A program made the translations under genes and the position numbers. A model generated the notes under the pieces. That model was not told the origin of the DNA. It saw only the letters and a list, made by a program, of their open reading frames with translations, and searched no databases. This document shows, one piece after another, positions 27,001 through 64,000 of a stretch of 64,000 nt of DNA (its first letter is position 1; each line of letters opens with the position of its first letter). Origin of the DNA: Octopus vulgaris (taxonomy: Eukaryota). The stretch lies in contig OX597838.1 in the NCBI GenBank assembly GCA_951406725.2, forward strand, positions 14,074,001-14,138,000, given 5' to 3'.

Positions 27001-27942
27001 GGGACAAACAAGGACAGACAAAGGGATTAAGTCAATTACATCAACCCCTGTGTGTAACAGGTACTTAATTTATCGACCCCCGAAAGGATGAAAGGCAAAG
27101 TCGACCTCGGCGGAATTTGAACCCAGAACGTAACGGCAGACGAAATACCGCTGAGCATTTTCGCCCGGCGTGCTGGTCGAGAAAAATAATGAGAATGGTG
27201 ATGATGAGGAAGCTAATGACTAGCATTACGAGCTGAAATACTTTATTTTACAATAGAACTTCAAGTACAATATAGAAATATGGTTGGGAGGAGGAAGTGT
27301 GTTCAAATGTAAAAATATTGACTCTCTGCAGATAGAATAAATCGATTAAGACTATACAATAGATAGATAGATTACAGGGTCTCTCTCTCTCTTTCATATG
27401 TACACACACACACATACAATTGATGAGTGTGGCAGCCTCCTATGTTGCTACACTGAATTTCACATGATACACATACTGTCAGGTAAGATGGCATTACAGC
27501 ATCCATTATTTCAATTATCTCCCTTGGTAGGAAACTCTCCTAACAAACCACCAATGTGCCACACGTTTAAAAATACACGACCTGGAATAACCAATAAAAC
27601 AGATATGCTTTTCTACTTTTACTAGCTTCAGCAGAGGCTGTGGCCATGCTGGAACACTATCTTTAGCATGGTTGGTTTTAATTTCACACTCACTCCATGG
27701 CCTTCTCTTTTCGGAATCGTTTCTTATAAAACAATCGTGAATAATTTCAAAACTTCTATTTCAGGACACACAAGATTAGCTTCAAAAGTGTGTATCACAT
27801 GAAGTTTTGAATATCAACACAGAAGGTTCTGCTATAGTACAATAAATAATTAAACTCTGCAATATGTATTGAGTACTTACATTCTCATCTATCAAATTAA
27901 AAAAAGTATGTACATTTTATATATACATATATATGAATGTTA

Positions 27943-27992
<50 letters not shown>

Positions 27993-28188
27993 CACACACA
28001 CACATATATATATGCATATGTATATATATATATGTATGTATGTATATATATATGCATATGTATCTATATATATATATATATGCATATGTATCTATCTATA
28101 TATATATATGTATGTCTATATATATATATATATACATATGTATCTATCTATATATATATGTATGTCTATATATATATATATATACGTA

Positions 28189-28236
<48 letters not shown>

Positions 28237-28446
28237 CACACATATTGTGTCCAGTTTTTTTTTTTGCAAAGCACGTGCATTCATATCTACATACATACGC
28301 ATAAATACATATATTTAGATCTGTTTCCATACACACTTTCGTATATAAACATAGAAAAGCTAATATATATCTGTGGACTTATTTATTTACACAATTATAC
28401 TCATATGTATATACATGGTTATATATCTATATACATCTATCAATCT

Positions 28447-28480
<34 letters not shown>

Positions 28481-29032
28481 CCTCCTTTCCTATATACATA
28501 CACACAGACACACACACACACACATATATACATATATATATATGAAGAAGAGAAAGAGAGAGTGAGATAATACGTAAACACACACAAACGTTTTGTAAGG
28601 GTGTGAGCATTAGGTAAACCTAATATTTTATATCGTGGAACAATTGATAGAGGTAGGTGCACTCTGAGGGAGTGGTGGTGGTGGTGCTGAGGGGGTTGTT
28701 ACAAGTGCTGTAGGTGGTGGTAGTGGTGGAGAACGCCTTACTGGAGTGGACGGGTGGAGAATTCTTCAGTGCTGTTAATACTATTTATGAAAAAAAAAAA
28801 AAATCGAAGTAATGTGTTTGTGTGTATGCATAAGAGATAAAGAAAGAGAGAGGGAGAAAGAGAGAGAGAGAGAGAAGATAGAGAAAAACTGTGCGTATGA
28901 GAGCTGTGTGTGTTTGTGTGTGGGTGTATATACATATACATGCACACACTTATATATACATGCATATAGGTATGTGCATGCATATATATATACATATATA
29001 TAAAAACATATATGTATGTGTATATATATGTA

Positions 29033-29064
<32 letters not shown>

Positions 29065-29234
29065 CAAATACATACATATATGTATACATATGTGTGTATA
29101 TATATATATATATATGTGAATGTGTGTATACACACACATACAAATGTATGTGTATGTATGTATATATATATATATATATATAATCTTGTACTTGTTTCAG
29201 TCATTTGACTGCGGCCATGCTGGAGCACCGCCTT

Positions 29235-29266
<32 letters not shown>

Positions 29267-30163
29267 TATATATATTTATATTTATAGTGTGTGTGAGTAT
29301 AAGATTGTAAGAGTGATATATATGTTTGCAATTGGAATACGAGCATTAATGCAAATGTCAGGGTGGACGAGAGAAAGAGCTTCTGTGTGGTGGTGGTGGT
29401 GTATATATGTCCATGTGTGTGTGTATGTGTATATAATGTTTGAACTGTGAATGAAAAAGTCGGAATCTCATAACCGAGCCGACTTTGGTCAGCCAGTCAG
29501 ACTCAAATGCCCACACCGAGAGGACACTGACATCACCGTCATCGTCAGCACCAGTGTCAAGTGTAGCCAAAGTGCTGACCACTGGAACTTGGTGTGACCA
29601 ACCACAAAGAATGTCCAAAGCGGACATTACTACAGGTGAGGTTCGAATAAATAAAAAAACGACAACAACAAAGACAAGGAGAGAGAAGGAGGGTGTTGGT
29701 GGTGGTGGTGGTGGTGATGAGGAAGAGATGCCATAGGTGAATTGTGGGTAGGGGTACTAGTAGTGGAGGTACTTGAAACACATCGACAACAACAGCAAAA
29801 ACAACTACTATTGACATCAAACAATAACATCAGCAGATGCTTAAACGGTCAGAAAGGGTGAAACCACAGTTACAGCTTCTACTCATTGACCTCTCTCTCC
29901 TACTCCTCCCCCACCCTCCCCCGTCCCCCAAATACACAATTTTTTTTTTCTTCATTTTTTTTTTCCCATCCCCCCCGCCCCGCCCACTAAAATGACTGAC
30001 ACCAGCTCTTTCTCTTTCTCTTCCCTCCTCTGTGTACCCCTAAACCCCCAGCAGCTTCTTCGGTCAGAACAACACAAAGGTGTTCTGGACACCTGGAGAC
30101 AATGCCTGGTTTTCAAAAGATCAGTAGCCCTGGACAACTACCCAAAACAGCCAGCCCATCAGT

Positions 30164-63282
<33,119 letters not shown>

Positions 63283-64000
63283 CTGTAAATAAAGATGGAC
63301 ATAGATATTGGATAATTTGACACAATAAAATGACTGATACAAATGTATCTCTCTTTACTCTTTACTCTTTTAGTTGTTTCAGCCATTTTGACTGTGGCCA
63401 TGCTGGAGCCATGCTGGAGCACCGCCTTTAGTCGATCAAATTGACTCCAGGACTTATTCTTTGTAAGCCTAGTACTTATTCTATCGGTCTCTTTTGCCGA
63501 ACCGCTAAGTTTCGGGGACGTAAACACACCAACATCGGTTGTCAATCAGAAAATGTATGACAAAGAGTGAGTGCAAAGTGGGCAGCTCAGCAGTTGGCAC
63601 TTGACTTGAAGGAGGGAAGCTTGGAAGTCTGCTCAGATATGCTGGAAGCATTTGACAGGGGACAAAATATGGCCATAAATTTATTATCTGGAAACAAAGG
63701 CTCAGACCTATTTCTTTATTGCCCACAAGGGGCTAAACACAGAGAGGACAAACAAGGACAGACAAAGGGATTAAGTCGATTACATCGACCCCCCAGTGCG
63801 TGACTGGTACTTAATTTATCGATCCCGAAAGGATGAAAGGCAAAGTCGACCTCGGCGGAATTTGAACTCAGGACATTACAGCAGACGAAATACGGCTACG
63901 CATTTCGCCCGGCGTGCCAACGGTTCTGCCAGCTCAGACCATAAAATAGTATCACATCTTTTCTCCCAGGTCTAAGATGTTCAAGAACCAGCAGTCAGCA

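Noticed and set aside
29557-29629. Possible alternative terminal PTP exon (cctgtag acceptor giving SNVRFGHSLWLVTPSSSGQHFGYT*)
   Set aside because: Would delete the Q loop, shows no recognisable homology and has a weak polypyrimidine tract; unsupported without RNA data.

Overview
AT-rich, microsatellite-dense eukaryotic genomic DNA; the repeat families and tRNA-derived SINE content suggest an octopus/coleoid cephalopod (inference). Two spliced genes converge tail-to-tail, both 5'-truncated by the window. The last six coding exons of ELP4 lie on + (3116-9116). Ten phase-consistent exons of a KIM-motif, receptor-type tyrosine phosphatase (PTPRR/PTPN5/PTPN7 family) lie on - (63282-30164), plus a candidate in-frame 72-nt cassette exon inside the catalytic domain. 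The rest is tRNA-headed SINEs, RTE and CR1-like LINE fragments, a mariner derivative and simple repeats. The most notable unannotated signal is a set of several sequence-unrelated, short non-coding elements, mostly inverted-repeat shaped and usually embedded in (TA)n tracts, that carry type I hammerhead ribozyme folds of the Penelope-like-element kind. These include a multicopy family with a compensatory G3-C8 catalytic core and an intact copy in sense orientation just downstream of the candidate cassette exon. Exon boundaries and ribozyme coordinates were read by hand; repeat boundaries are approximate.
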